Notes: generated from the sequence alone by a model not told the origin. A DNA stretch of 64,000 nucleotides from Polyangiales bacterium (GCA_041389625.1 JAWKRM010000007.1:70667-134666); one strand, 5' to 3'; shown: positions 19,891-29,773, numbered from the stretch's first letter. Program-made: numbers and translations.

Positions 19891-20818
19891 ATGCAAGGAA
19901 CTGAAATCACCGAAGGCGGCGCCCAGAACGACGTGGCGTCCGGCGACCTTCCCATCGGCCTGCGCGCGTTCATCGACGCGGGCGTTCACTTCGGCCACCA
20001 GACCAAGCTGGAACCCGAAGATGCGTCCGTTCATCTACGGCGCACGGAACGGCATCCACATTGTCGATCTCGACCGTGACCGCGCAGCTGTTCAAGCGCG
20101 CCTTTACACCTTCATCGCCGAGACCGTTGCGCGCGGTGGTCACGTGCTGTTCGTGGGCACGAAGCGCCAGGCCGCCGACGTGATCGGCGACGAGGCGGTC
20201 CGCTCGGGATAGCATTTCGTCACCGGCCGCTGGCTCGGTGGCACGCTGACGAACTTCCGCACCATGAAGCGCGGCATCGACCGCCTTCGTGAACTCGACC
20301 GCCAGGAAGAAGAAGGCGAGCTCGACCAGATGCTCAAGAAGGAAGCGGTGATGATTCGCCGCGACCGCGAGAAGCTTGAGAAGTTCGTCGGTGGCATCAA
20401 GCAGATGACCCACCTCCCCGCGGCGATGTTCGTCATCGACCCGAACCACGAGCACATCGCGGTCAGCGAAGCCCGCAAGCTTCACATCCCGATCGTTGCG
20501 CTCACGGACACGAACTGTGACCCGGAGCACGTCGATTTCGTGATCCCGGGCAACGACGACGCCATTCGTTCGATTCGCCTCATCACCGGCCGCATCGCGG
20601 ACGCGTGCATCGAGGGCACCGCCCGCCGTCGCGACGTGCAGCAGCACGGCGACGACGCTGGCTACAACGCTGTTTCGCACCAGGGCGCGGGCCCGTCGGT
20701 GGAGTTCTCCCGTGGTCGCCGCCGTGGCGGTGGTCGTTCGGAAGCTCCCGCGGCCGAGGCCCCGGCCTCGGACGCCGCCGCCGAGACCCCGGCAGCCGAG
20801 TCCACCGAGAAGGCCTAA
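19891..20818 (+). pseudogene. rpsB: 30S ribosomal protein S2 gene, interrupted as sequenced (frame change, out-of-frame patch, in-frame TAG)
   Basis: RBS AAGGAGAGAG precedes ATG 19891. ...[10 protein letters not shown] is in frame 1, and [23 protein letters not shown] continues in frame 2, with the break at 20008. At 20078-20107 the frame in use reads [10 protein letters not shown], while the S2-like TAQLFKRAF lies one frame over. TAG at 20210-20212 interrupts ...[20 protein letters not shown]. The rest, to 20818, is intact and S2-like ([42 protein letters not shown]). Confidence 0.85.
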
Positions 20819-20824
20819 GTCGTC

Positions 20825-21520
20825 ATGGAAGGAACCAACACCGTGCAAATCACCGCTGACAAAGTGAAAGCGCTCCGCGACCGTACCGGCGCGGGCATGA
20901 TGGATTGCAAGAAGGCCCTCGAGGAGACGGGCGGCGACGAAGAGAAAGCCGTCGAAGTCATCCAGAAGAAGGGTCTCGCCAAGGCCGCCAAGAAGGGCGG
21001 AGCCATCGCGGCGGAGGGCGTCATCCACGCCTACATCCACGCGGGTGGGCGACTCGGCGTGCTTGCCGAGATCAACTGCCAGACGGACTTCGTTGCGCGC
21101 AACGAGGACTTCAAGGCGTACGTCGACCTCATCGGCCTTCAAATCGCGTCCATGAACCCCGAGTTCGTGCGCCGCGAGGACGTGCCGGAGGACGTGGTGG
21201 CGAAGAAGCGTGAACTGTTCCTTGGCCAGCTCAAGGAAGAGGAAGCGCAGACCGGCAAAAAGAAGCCGGAAGCGGCCCTTGCCAAGATCATCGACGGCAA
21301 GATTGAAAAGTGGCTGAGCGAGTCCTGCCTCGTGGAGCAGGTCTCCATCCAGGACGAGTCCGGGAAGACCATCCAGGCCCTGACCGAAGAGCTCGTTGCC
21401 AAGATCGGCGAGAAGATCGCGGTGCGCCGCTTCGTTCGCTTCGAACTTGGCGAAGGCATCGAGAAGAAGAAGGCGGACCTCGCCGCCGACGTGGCTGCGA
21501 CCCTTAGCCAGGCGAACTAA
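20825..21520 (+). CDS. tsf: translation elongation factor Ts (short form)
   Basis: UBA-like N-terminus [30 protein letters not shown]; follows rpsB. Confidence 0.92.
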   Translation: MEGTNTVQITADKVKALRDRTGAGMMDCKKALEETGGDEEKAVEVIQKKGLAKAAKKGGAIAAEGVIHAYIHAGGRLGVLAEINCQTDFVARNEDFKAYVDLIGLQIASMNPEFVRREDVPEDVVAKKRELFLGQLKEEEAQTGKKKPEAALAKIIDGKIEKWLSESCLVEQVSIQDESGKTIQALTEELVAKIGEKIAVRRFVRFELGEGIEKKKADLAADVAATLSQAN

Positions 21521-21527
21521 GCCGCCC

Positions 21528-22262
21528 ATGACGAAGCCAAACGCCGCTCCGCCGAAACGCATCTTGCTCAAGTTGTCGGGCGAGGTGCTTTCGGGGAGCG
21601 GCAGTTTCGGCATCGATCCGGCGCGCCTGAAGGAAATCGCCACGGAGCTCGCGGACGTCCACAAGCAGGGCGCCGAGCTCGGCATTGTTATCGGCGGCGG
21701 CAACATCTTCCGCGGCCTCAAGGGCAGCGCGTCCGGCATGGACCGTACGAGCGCCGATCACATGGGCATGCTCGCCACCGTGATCAACGGCCTCGCACTT
21801 CAAGACGCCCTCGAAAAGCTCGGCGTCGCCACGCGCGTGCTCTCGTCGCTCGAGATTCGCCAGGTGGCCGAGCCCTACATCCGCCGTCGCGCCGTGCGCC
21901 ACCTCGAGAAGGGACGCGTCGTCATCTTCGTCGCGGGCACCGGCAACCCCTTCTTCAGCACCGATACGGCGGCCGCGCTTCGCGCCATGGAAATCCAGGC
22001 GGATCTCCTCGCGAAGGCGACGAAGGTGCAGGGCGTCTACGACAAGGACCCCGTTGAGAACTCGAGCGCGGTCATGATTCCGTACCTCACCTACGATCGA
22101 TTCCTCATGGATCGGATCGGCGTGATGGACTCGACGGCCGTGACGCTCTGCCGCGAAAACAAACTCCCAATCCGCGTTTTCCAGCTCGCCACAGGCAATA
22201 TTCAACGCGTTTTGGCCGGTGAAGACGTCGGAACGCTGGTCACGGACAGCGCGCAGCGGTAA
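21528..22262 (+). CDS. pyrH: UMP kinase
   Basis: Internal ATG of listed ORF 21396..22262. [10 protein letters not shown] and GGGNIFRG motifs. Confidence 0.93.
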   Translation: MTKPNAAPPKRILLKLSGEVLSGSGSFGIDPARLKEIATELADVHKQGAELGIVIGGGNIFRGLKGSASGMDRTSADHMGMLATVINGLALQDALEKLGVATRVLSSLEIRQVAEPYIRRRAVRHLEKGRVVIFVAGTGNPFFSTDTAAALRAMEIQADLLAKATKVQGVYDKDPVENSSAVMIPYLTYDRFLMDRIGVMDSTAVTLCRENKLPIRVFQLATGNIQRVLAGEDVGTLVTDSAQR

Positions 22263-22309
22263 AACCGTCCCGCGCTGCCGAGCCGACGGCGCGCTCTGGA
22301 GGACGACCG

Positions 22310-22867
22310 ATGATCGACGACGCAATCGCCGAGCTCAACCAAGCCATTGAAAAGGCCCACGAGGCGCTCAAGCGCGAGCTCTCGCGCCTTCGCACCGGCC
22401 GCGCCCATGCGGGCCTCCTCGATTCCATTCGGGTCGACTACTACGGATCCATGACACCGCTTCAGCAGATGGCGCAGGTGTCCGTGCCCGAGCCACGCAT
22501 GCTCGTGGTCAAGCCGTGGGACAAGTCGCAGCTCAAGCTCATCGAGAAGGCGATCATCGAGTCGAACCTGGGTTTGAACCCGCAGAACGACGGCACCATC
22601 ATCCGCCTGCCGATGCCGCCGCTCACGGAAGAGCGCCGCCGCGACCTGGTGAAGGTCGCGAAGAAGCACGGCGAAGAGAGCAAGGTTTCGATCCGCAAGG
22701 CCCGCCACGACGCGAAGGACTTCATCGACACCCTCCAAAAGGAAGGCGACGCGAGCGAGGACGAGTGCGGGCGCGCGCGCGACAAGCTCGAAGAGATCGT
22801 CAAGGCCGCCCAGGCCAAGAGCGACGACATCGTCGCCAACAAAGAAAAAGACATCCTCGAGATCTAG
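22310..22867 (+). CDS. frr: ribosome recycling factor
   Basis: 185 aa; RTGRAHAGLLDSIRVDYYGSMTPLQQ; completes the rpsB-tsf-pyrH-frr order. Confidence 0.95.
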   Translation: MIDDAIAELNQAIEKAHEALKRELSRLRTGRAHAGLLDSIRVDYYGSMTPLQQMAQVSVPEPRMLVVKPWDKSQLKLIEKAIIESNLGLNPQNDGTIIRLPMPPLTEERRRDLVKVAKKHGEESKVSIRKARHDAKDFIDTLQKEGDASEDECGRARDKLEEIVKAAQAKSDDIVANKEKDILEI

Positions 22868-22912
22868 CGAGCGCTTCCTGCGTCGTTCCGGGGCGCCGCA
22901 TCCGGCACATCG

Positions 22913-25795
22913 CTAGAACGGATTGCCCAGGTTGACGTAGACCTGCGTGACGCCGCCTTCGTCGAGCCCCTGGGCGACGCCGATGCGCAGCGTGAACGTT
23001 TGCGTGTATCCGATGGTGAAATCGGTAAGGAGCTCACCGCCAACGCCGGTTCGAAACCCGGAGAGGGTGAAATCCCCCGAAAACGCGTTGCCGTAGTCCA
23101 CGAACGCGCTGCCCCAGAGCCGATTGAGGAAGAACGGCGCGAGGCCCGGTCCCCACTGGGGTCGCCACAGGAGAAATCGATACTCGGTTTGTAGGAGGTG
23201 GTACTGCGTACCGACGCGGCTTGATGGCGCGTAGCCGCGGAGCGCAACGCCTCCGAGCACGATGCCATCGACGAGTCCGTCAAGAATCGACGTGTCTGGA
23301 AAACCGCCGACGGCGAAGTAAGGGCGCGAGGTTCGAGGTCCCGTTCCGTAGGCGCCGGCATATCGGAAGGAAAGCACGTGGTGTTCGATCCACGGGTTCT
23401 CAAAGAACTGCGTCGTACCCCACTGGAGCGAGAGCGACTCGAAATCCGAACCGATGTACGGGTGCGACATGCTCGTTGAAACAAAGAACGCGCGGCCCCA
23501 CGACGGTGAAACGTCGTAGCGAGTCTGAACGACGTTTGAGTAGCTCCACCCCGCGCGCAGGCGTGTTAGCAGACCGAGTCTTGGAAGGACGGGGCCCGGG
23601 TCGTTCGGGTCGAGAATGCCGCCGAAGGGCTCCGCCTTGTCGACGGCGGTGAGCGCGTACCCAAGGGAGAGGGAATGCGCTTCGAATGCCAGGGGAAGGC
23701 TGTAGCGCGTGGAAATCTCGCCTCCGTAGGCGCGACGGATCCACTCGCGCGAATGCCCTTCGACGTAGAGGTCCTGCCGTGGCGCCAGCGCGTGGAACGC
23801 GGCAAACGTGACGGGTGCGGGAAGTCGCCGGTAGGTCCAACTCGCCTCCGCGTCGATGTTGCCGCGCTCAAGGCCCACGCCCAGGCGCGCCGCCCACGCG
23901 TGGTAGCCAACGGCGTCGAAGCCGCTCGTGCGAATGCTGAGTGCGTTGCCGAACGCGTCGGTGGTGTAGTCGAGGGAGTAGTTGCGCGGGCCGAGGGTAT
24001 CGAGGGGGCTATACGCGTCGCTCTGGAGCGCTTCGCCTTCCGCATCGTCCACGTAGCTCGGGGCGGGTCGGTTGCTCTCGTACGGTTCGGCGGCGCGGAA
24101 TGTCGCCGGGTCGAGGTCGAGGGCAAACACATCGAACCCGCGGCTCGAGTACCCAAGGTAGGTCAAGCGTTTGCCGTCGCGCGAAACGTCGGGTTGGAAA
24201 GCGCCCGCCACGACGTGGGTCACTCGCCGAAGCACGCGCGACCCAAGTTCAAACGCGTAGATGTTGAAGACGCCCGATCGATCGGAGGAGAAGTAGAGGG
24301 TCCTCCCGTCCGGTGACCAGGCGGGGCCGGTGTCCATGGCGCGGTCGCGGGTCACGTCGGTGACGGCGCCGGTTCGCACGTCGACGATGCGAATGTCTCG
24401 GAAACCGCCCTTTTCCCAGGCGCTGAACGCGATCCGCGTCCCGTCGGGGGACCAACGCGGGGTGTACACCTGCCCAAACCGTGGGCTCCTCACCAGGAGG
24501 CGGCGCTGACTCGGCTCGTTCAAGGGCGCCACGGCAAGATGTGTCGTTCCCGCCCCGTTCACGGTGAACGCCACCCGTGAGTCGTCGGGCGAAACGTCCG
24601 GCTCCCGCGCACGGAGGCCGTCCGAGAGACGCGTGGTTCGATCGTCGCGCTCCGAATAGAGGTGCAGGTCGTTGAAGAAATAGAGATCGCGGTGGGCGTT
24701 CGCGCCCGAAAACACGAGGGTGCCGTCGGAACGCACGCCGAGGGATCCAGGTCCGTTCGCGCGCACGAGACGATCGTGCCCGTGGCCCGACCACGGCACC
24801 GCACGGATCTCGGAAAAGGTGTTCCCGTCCGACGACCAGTAGGCGATGCGTCCGTCCGGGAGGAAGCGCGGGCTCCGTGCGTACTCGCCTTCGGTGGTCA
24901 GGCGCCGACCTTCCACGCGTCCCTCGCGTTCGATGCGCGCCACAAGCGCACGGCTCTTCTCTTCGAGTTCTGCCCTAAAGTCTGCGTAGAGTTCGACGTA
25001 GGTCTTGCCCGTGGCGCGCTTCGCCGTGCGGTTGAGCGCGTAGGGGATCAGGTCTTCGCCGTAGTCGTGGCTGATGGCCGTGAGCGCCTCTCGGCCATGC
25101 GTTTCCGCGATAAATCGCATGAAACGCGAGCCGTAGATGTACGGCACGTTTCCCCAGGGCCAGCGATCGACGGAATTCGAAACCTGGTCGAGGCGCAGGA
25201 GTCGCCCTTCGAGGGCATCCATCCGCATGTACATGTCGAACACGGCGGAACGTTCGCGACCCGCGGAGGTTTGAAGCGACTCTTCATCCACCGCCAAACC
25301 TTCAATGAACCACCGCGGTTGATTGTTGTTGGTGGAGAAGGTCTTTCCGAGGACAGCGTTGAGCACTGCGGGAATCCCCGCGATGGTGTCGAGGTGGAGG
25401 ATGTGCGTGTACTCGTGGGTGACGAGTGTCACCATCCAGTCGTCGTAGTCGTCGAGTGCGCTCAGGTCCTCCGGCGCACTCGCGTAGAGACGCATCGTAT
25501 TGTACGGAAGGACGCTCGCCAGGCCGTTGGCGTCGTCCGTGTTGTCGCTCAGCACGATGTGTGTGCGCGTTGTTGGCGTGTGCTTGAGGATTGGCGCAAG
25601 CCGCGCGTGGGCCTGCTCGGCGGCGACCGCCACCTTGCGGGCCATCACGCCGAGGGGCTCGTGGTAGTGCACCGCAAACCGGGGCGTCTCGATGGTCCGC
25701 CACGTCAGGTACGGGTCACGCACCTGCGCCGCCGCGGAAGCGGCCGAGAGCAGGACAAAGACAAACGCCGCGCAACGGGCCATGGATCGCACCAT
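22913..25795 (-). CDS. outer-membrane protein: HExxH metallopeptidase-like domain + TolB/PD40 beta-propeller + Omp85/D15-type beta-barrel
   Basis: Internal ATG 25795 gives the signal peptide MVRSMARCAAFVFVLLSAASAAAQ. HExxH in VTLVTHEYTHILH. PD40-like repeats: LPDGRIAYWSSDG, SPDDSRVAFTV, SPDGTRIAFSA, SPDGRTLYFSSDRSG, SRDGKRLTYLG. The C-terminal ~330 aa shows an alternating beta pattern, a GG...LRGY loop motif and terminal ...NLGNPF. Confidence 0.75.
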   Translation of the reverse strand: MVRSMARCAAFVFVLLSAASAAAQVRDPYLTWRTIETPRFAVHYHEPLGVMARKVAVAAEQAHARLAPILKHTPTTRTHIVLSDNTDDANGLASVLPYNTMRLYASAPEDLSALDDYDDWMVTLVTHEYTHILHLDTIAGIPAVLNAVLGKTFSTNNNQPRWFIEGLAVDEESLQTSAGRERSAVFDMYMRMDALEGRLLRLDQVSNSVDRWPWGNVPYIYGSRFMRFIAETHGREALTAISHDYGEDLIPYALNRTAKRATGKTYVELYADFRAELEEKSRALVARIEREGRVEGRRLTTEGEYARSPRFLPDGRIAYWSSDGNTFSEIRAVPWSGHGHDRLVRANGPGSLGVRSDGTLVFSGANAHRDLYFFNDLHLYSERDDRTTRLSDGLRAREPDVSPDDSRVAFTVNGAGTTHLAVAPLNEPSQRRLLVRSPRFGQVYTPRWSPDGTRIAFSAWEKGGFRDIRIVDVRTGAVTDVTRDRAMDTGPAWSPDGRTLYFSSDRSGVFNIYAFELGSRVLRRVTHVVAGAFQPDVSRDGKRLTYLGYSSRGFDVFALDLDPATFRAAEPYESNRPAPSYVDDAEGEALQSDAYSPLDTLGPRNYSLDYTTDAFGNALSIRTSGFDAVGYHAWAARLGVGLERGNIDAEASWTYRRLPAPVTFAAFHALAPRQDLYVEGHSREWIRRAYGGEISTRYSLPLAFEAHSLSLGYALTAVDKAEPFGGILDPNDPGPVLPRLGLLTRLRAGWSYSNVVQTRYDVSPSWGRAFFVSTSMSHPYIGSDFESLSLQWGTTQFFENPWIEHHVLSFRYAGAYGTGPRTSRPYFAVGGFPDTSILDGLVDGIVLGGVALRGYAPSSRVGTQYHLLQTEYRFLLWRPQWGPGLAPFFLNRLWGSAFVDYGNAFSGDFTLSGFRTGVGGELLTDFTIGYTQTFTLRIGVAQGLDEGGVTQVYVNLGNPF

Positions 25796-25908
25796 TTTTA
25801 CCGGGTTTTCCAAACGATTGTGGCAGGACCGCCGACCCGCACCGATCCTTGACCACATGCCCCGTAACCTCGTAACCTTCTGAAACCCCTTAGGTTCTCC
25901 CTCAGCGC

Positions 25909-26871
25909 ATGGAGCGACCCGTACCCAACATGTCTGCGACCGCACGACAGGTGAAGGCATTCGCCCTTCGCTTCATCTCTGGAAAGTACCAGGGAGGCGA
26001 GTTCCCGCTGCCGGAGCAGGGGGAGATTGTCATTGGGCGTTCGAGCGAGCTCGACATGGTGCTCGTGGAAGACATGGTGTCGCGCCGCCACGCGAAGATC
26101 ACCGCGGCGAATGGCATCGTGACGATTCGGGACCTTGGGTCGACCAATGGCACCTTCGTCAACGGCGAGAAGGTTAAGGAAGCCACCCTGCACGAGGGTG
26201 ATCGCATCCTCGTGGGTACGAGCATCATCAAGGTCGTTGCGGCCGAGGTGAGCGCGAGTGCGGAAGCGGCCCTCGAGGCCAAGGCCAAGATGCAGGACGT
26301 TTCGTCGGCCAAGCGCACGTCGCACGTCCGAACGATGGCGGGAAACATCGCGGAAATTCCACTTCCCGACCTGCTTCAGCTCTTCGGCGCCTCGAAGAAG
26401 AGCGGTGTGCTCGTCATTCGAACCGACAACAACGTCGGCAAGATTCACCTCGACACCGGCATGGTGCAGTTCGCGGCGGTCAACGACCGCTACGATGCGG
26501 ACCCGCAGAAGAGCTTCGTTCGCATCATGACCTGGGAAGAGGGCGCCTTCGAAATGGAGCCGCCCGAGGCGCGCACATTTGAAAAGCCCATGCAGATGAG
26601 CACCGAAGGCCTGCTCATGGATGCCATGCGGCAGATTGACGAGTTCCGGCGGCTCGGCGACGACATGCCGGACCTCGGCGCATCCCTCGTGCTTCCCTCG
26701 CCCCTCGAGCCGAAGCTGAGTGAACTTAGCCCCGAGGAGCTCGACGTATTTCAGCTCGCCCTGAACAAGGGTGAAGTCCAGTCGCTCCTCGACGGGAGCC
26801 ATGACTCCGACGCGAAGACCGCGGAGCGGCTTTTGAAGCTCATCAAGGCCGGCTACCTCGTCGTCGGCTGA
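25909..26871 (+). CDS. FHA domain + DUF4388 (PatA-N-like) domain protein
   Basis: FHA core GRSSELDMVLVEDMVSRRHAKI...GSTNGTFVNG. Downstream GNIAEIPLPDLLQLFGASKKSGVLVI is typical of DUF4388. The start could instead be ATG 25930. Confidence 0.75.
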   Translation: MERPVPNMSATARQVKAFALRFISGKYQGGEFPLPEQGEIVIGRSSELDMVLVEDMVSRRHAKITAANGIVTIRDLGSTNGTFVNGEKVKEATLHEGDRILVGTSIIKVVAAEVSASAEAALEAKAKMQDVSSAKRTSHVRTMAGNIAEIPLPDLLQLFGASKKSGVLVIRTDNNVGKIHLDTGMVQFAAVNDRYDADPQKSFVRIMTWEEGAFEMEPPEARTFEKPMQMSTEGLLMDAMRQIDEFRRLGDDMPDLGASLVLPSPLEPKLSELSPEELDVFQLALNKGEVQSLLDGSHDSDAKTAERLLKLIKAGYLVVG

Positions 26872-27233
26872 TCCGCACGGCGCGCGAGGTAGGTGATCAG
26901 ATTCGCGTGCGCTTCGGTGAGTGAGGCGACGAGCAACGTTGCGGCGCGATGTTTCTCCGGGTCACCCGCGTGACGGTCGGGGTGAAACTGTTCGAGCAGC
27001 TTGCGGTAGGCCGCCTCCACCTCCACGAGGCTCGCCCCCGGCGGTAGCTCGAGGTTCGCGTACCACTGTCGCACCCTGCGAGCTTCATCGAGGGCGGAGG
27101 TGCGCCGTTCGGGAGGCGGGCCCACGGGCCCCCGCGCCCGGCGGCGCGTCTGAAGCTCGGCTTCAAGCTCGGTGTCGGTCAGCTCGGCGAGGGGCTTCTG
27201 AGCCTTGCCGAACGTCCGCTTGGCCGGGCTCAC
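26853..27233 (-). CDS. J-domain (DnaJ-like) protein
   Basis: 126 aa. EAAYRKLLEQFHPDRHAGDPEK carries the HPD tripeptide. ATGA overlap with the upstream PilZ gene. Confidence 0.65.
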   Translation of the reverse strand: MSPAKRTFGKAQKPLAELTDTELEAELQTRRRARGPVGPPPERRTSALDEARRVRQWYANLELPPGASLVEVEAAYRKLLEQFHPDRHAGDPEKHRAATLLVASLTEAHANLITYLARRADQPTTR

Positions 27234-27562
27234 GACTTGCGGGATCCGGCGGGGGAGGTGAGGAGCTTGTCGATGAGGCCGCGCGAATACTGGGAAAGCT
27301 CGGTGAACACCACGCCCATGCCGGGCGGATCCGACTCCACGCGCACCACCTCGCCAACGCCCTCGATGGTCTCGATGTCGTCCACGATGACCGTGAAGCG
27401 AAGGTTGACCTGCGTGCCAATCGGCAGTGGCTGCTTCGATTTGATGAACACGCCCGTGCGCGAGATGTTCGTGACGTACTCGTGGATGAACGCGTCGAAC
27501 GATTCAAACTCTTTGTTGATCGTCATGCGCTCATCGGCGCGCTTTTCGTCTTGGGCGCTCAC
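27230..27562 (-). CDS. PilZ domain protein (c-di-GMP receptor motifs present)
   Basis: 110 aa. RxxxR (RADER) and N.S..G (NISRTG) motifs, followed by a PilZ-like beta-barrel pattern. Confidence 0.72.
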   Translation of the reverse strand: MSAQDEKRADERMTINKEFESFDAFIHEYVTNISRTGVFIKSKQPLPIGTQVNLRFTVIVDDIETIEGVGEVVRVESDPPGMGVVFTELSQYSRGLIDKLLTSPAGSRKS

Positions 27563-27568
27563 GGGGTT

Positions 27569-29092
27569 CTACGCCCCGGCCAAATCGAACTGCTCAAGAT
27601 GGTAGTCACGGCGCGACTGTAACACGATCCTCCGTTGGAACCGGCTCGAGGCCTCTTCCATGGCGGCTTTCTCCTCGCGTTCGAGCGTGTCGCAGATGGC
27701 CGGGTGGGCGTTGATGACGATGCTGTACCCCGCGAGGGAATCGCGGTCGCGGCTGATCTGGCGGAAAATTTCGCGGCACACCGTGCGCTTCGAGCGGAGG
27801 TGTCCGGTGCCGTCGCAGTAGAAGCACGGCTCGAAGATGGTTCGCCCCAGGGATTCGCGCGTGCGCTTGCGCGTCATCTCCACGAGGCCCAGGTCCGAAA
27901 TGCGGACGGCGGTGGTCTTGGCCTTGTCCTTCTTGAGCGCTTCGAGGAGCGCTTGATAGACGCGTTCGCGGTGGGAGCCGCGCTCCATGTCGATGAAATC
28001 GAGGACGATAAGGCCGCCGATGTTCCGAAGACGGAGCTGCGCGGTGATCTCTTTGACGGCCTCGACGTTCGTTTGGAGGATCGTCTCCTCCACGTCCTTG
28101 CCCTTGCCCGTGAAGCGTCCCGTGTTCACATCGACGGCGGTGAGCGCCTCCGAGCGATCCACGATGAGGTAGCCACCGGACGGTAGCGGGATCTTGCGGG
28201 ACAGGCCGCGTGCGATCTCGTCTTCAATGCCATAGGCATCAAAGAACGGCTCAACGCCTTCGTAGAGCTCCACGTCACCCGCTCGTTCGGGCAGGAAGAG
28301 CTCGAGGAACTCCTTGAGCCGCGTGAACTCTTTCTGGTCGTCGATGATGATCTTCTCGACCTCATCCGTGAGGAGATCGCGCGCCGCGCGGAGCACGATA
28401 TCGAGCTCCTCGTAGAGAACCGCGGGGGCGCGTTTGGTCTTCGCGCGCTTTGCGGTGGTCTCCTTCCACACGTTGACGAGGTAGCCGATGTCGGCCTTGA
28501 GCTTCTTCTTGGTCAGGCCCTGCGCGAGGGTTCGGACGATGACGCCGCCTTCGGGGGGCTTGACCTGCTCGATGACTTCCTTGAGGCGCTTGCGCTCCTT
28601 GTCGCCGCCGATGCGTTTGGAAACGCTCACCTGCGTGAGGGTCGGCATGTAAACGACGTACCGGCCGGGCAGGGCCACGTGCGAGGTGACGCGGGCGCCT
28701 TTTGTGCCGATGGGCCCCTTGCTCACCTGCACGACGAGCGGCTGACCCTCCTTCAGCACGTCGCGGATCGGCGTCTTCCGGGTCAGGCGTTGGCCGCCGC
28801 CCTTGCCGCGATCGCTGTCGTCGTCGTCGTGATCATCGTCGGCGAGTCGGTTCGGGTCCTGATCGGGGACGACGTCTTCCACATGGAGGAAGGCGGCGCG
28901 ATCGAGGCCGATATCGATGAAGGCGGCCTGCATGCCCGGGAGCACGCGGGTGACCTTGCCGACATAGACGTTGCCCACGGGACTCCGGTCCTGGGGGCGT
29001 TCGAGGTAGAGCTCTGCGAGGACGCCCCCTTCAATGAGGGCTACGCGGGTCTCGCCAATGCTGACGTTGATAAGGATCGAATTTTTGGCCAT
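27569..29092 (-). CDS. rng: Rne/Rng-family ribonuclease (RNase G size)
   Basis: Internal ATG (MAKNSILINVSIGETRVALIE) of listed ORF 27569..29212. S1 domain GNVYVGKVTRVLPGMQAAFIDIG. Catalytic core with GGLIVLDFIDM. Confidence 0.88.
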   Translation of the reverse strand: MAKNSILINVSIGETRVALIEGGVLAELYLERPQDRSPVGNVYVGKVTRVLPGMQAAFIDIGLDRAAFLHVEDVVPDQDPNRLADDDHDDDDSDRGKGGGQRLTRKTPIRDVLKEGQPLVVQVSKGPIGTKGARVTSHVALPGRYVVYMPTLTQVSVSKRIGGDKERKRLKEVIEQVKPPEGGVIVRTLAQGLTKKKLKADIGYLVNVWKETTAKRAKTKRAPAVLYEELDIVLRAARDLLTDEVEKIIIDDQKEFTRLKEFLELFLPERAGDVELYEGVEPFFDAYGIEDEIARGLSRKIPLPSGGYLIVDRSEALTAVDVNTGRFTGKGKDVEETILQTNVEAVKEITAQLRLRNIGGLIVLDFIDMERGSHRERVYQALLEALKKDKAKTTAVRISDLGLVEMTRKRTRESLGRTIFEPCFYCDGTGHLRSKRTVCREIFRQISRDRDSLAGYSIVINAHPAICDTLEREEKAAMEEASSRFQRRIVLQSRRDYHLEQFDLAGA

Positions 29093-29272
29093 TTCGCGGC
29101 GAAGAAAGGGGCCCGACAAGCGGTGCCCGAAGATTTGTCCAAGAGCCCGGCACACACCTTTGCGCCAAAGCTCACCCAGGGGAGGAGAGCAGGATCCCGC
29201 GTCCTTTTCCACGGCACACGCCCGCGAATCGATCCTTGAGATCGACCGCGCAGGCTCGCCGTGGGAGTGGCG

Positions 29273-29773
29273 TTAGTTCGAGAAGATCTTCTCGATCTGC
29301 GCGGTGACCTGTTCCTCGGTCTTGCGGCGGGAAACCGCGATTTCCTTCACGATGAGGGCGCGCGCCGTTTCCAGCATGCGCTTTTCACCGTAGGAGAGCG
29401 GCTTCTCCTGACGAAGTCGGTAGAGATCGCGCATGACTTCCGCCACGTCGAACACCGAGCCCGTCTTGATTTTGTCCATGAAACCCCGATACCGGCGGTT
29501 CCAGGTCTGGTTGTCGAACGCGATGGCGCGTTCCTTGAGGATGGCGAAGATCTCGCGGACCTCCGTCTCCGAGATCGGGGGGCGAAGGCCGACGTTCCGC
29601 GCGTTATTCACGGGCACCATGATCTTCCGGTCCGTATCGAGGAGCCGGAGCACATAGAACTTCTGGCGGTTTCCGGCGATGTCCTTCTCTTCGATGGACA
29701 CCACTTCCGCCACGCCCTGCGCGGGATAAACAGCCTTGTCGCCAACCTTGAACTCGTGCTTTCGAGCCTGCAT
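29273..29773 (-). CDS. cdnL: CarD/CdnL-family RNA-polymerase-binding transcription factor
   Basis: Internal ATG (MQARKHEFKVGDKAVYPAQGV) of listed ORF 29273..29848. WNRRYRGFMDKIKTGSVFDVAEVMRDLY closely resembles myxobacterial CdnL. About 166 aa. Confidence 0.88.
   Translation of the reverse strand: MQARKHEFKVGDKAVYPAQGVAEVVSIEEKDIAGNRQKFYVLRLLDTDRKIMVPVNNARNVGLRPPISETEVREIFAILKERAIAFDNQTWNRRYRGFMDKIKTGSVFDVAEVMRDLYRLRQEKPLSYGEKRMLETARALIVKEIAVSRRKTEEQVTAQIEKIFSN

Noticed and set aside
20210-20212. In-frame TAG in rpsB as programmed recoding (readthrough or pyrrolysine)
   Set aside because: It lies ~100-200 bp downstream of the other frame lesions in the same gene. No pyl genes or recoding signals are visible. 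Error or decay is the simpler explanation.
19970-21739. 589-aa minus-strand ORF antisense to rpsB-tsf-pyrH
   Set aside because: Shadow ORF opposite highly conserved translation genes, with no recognisable motifs.
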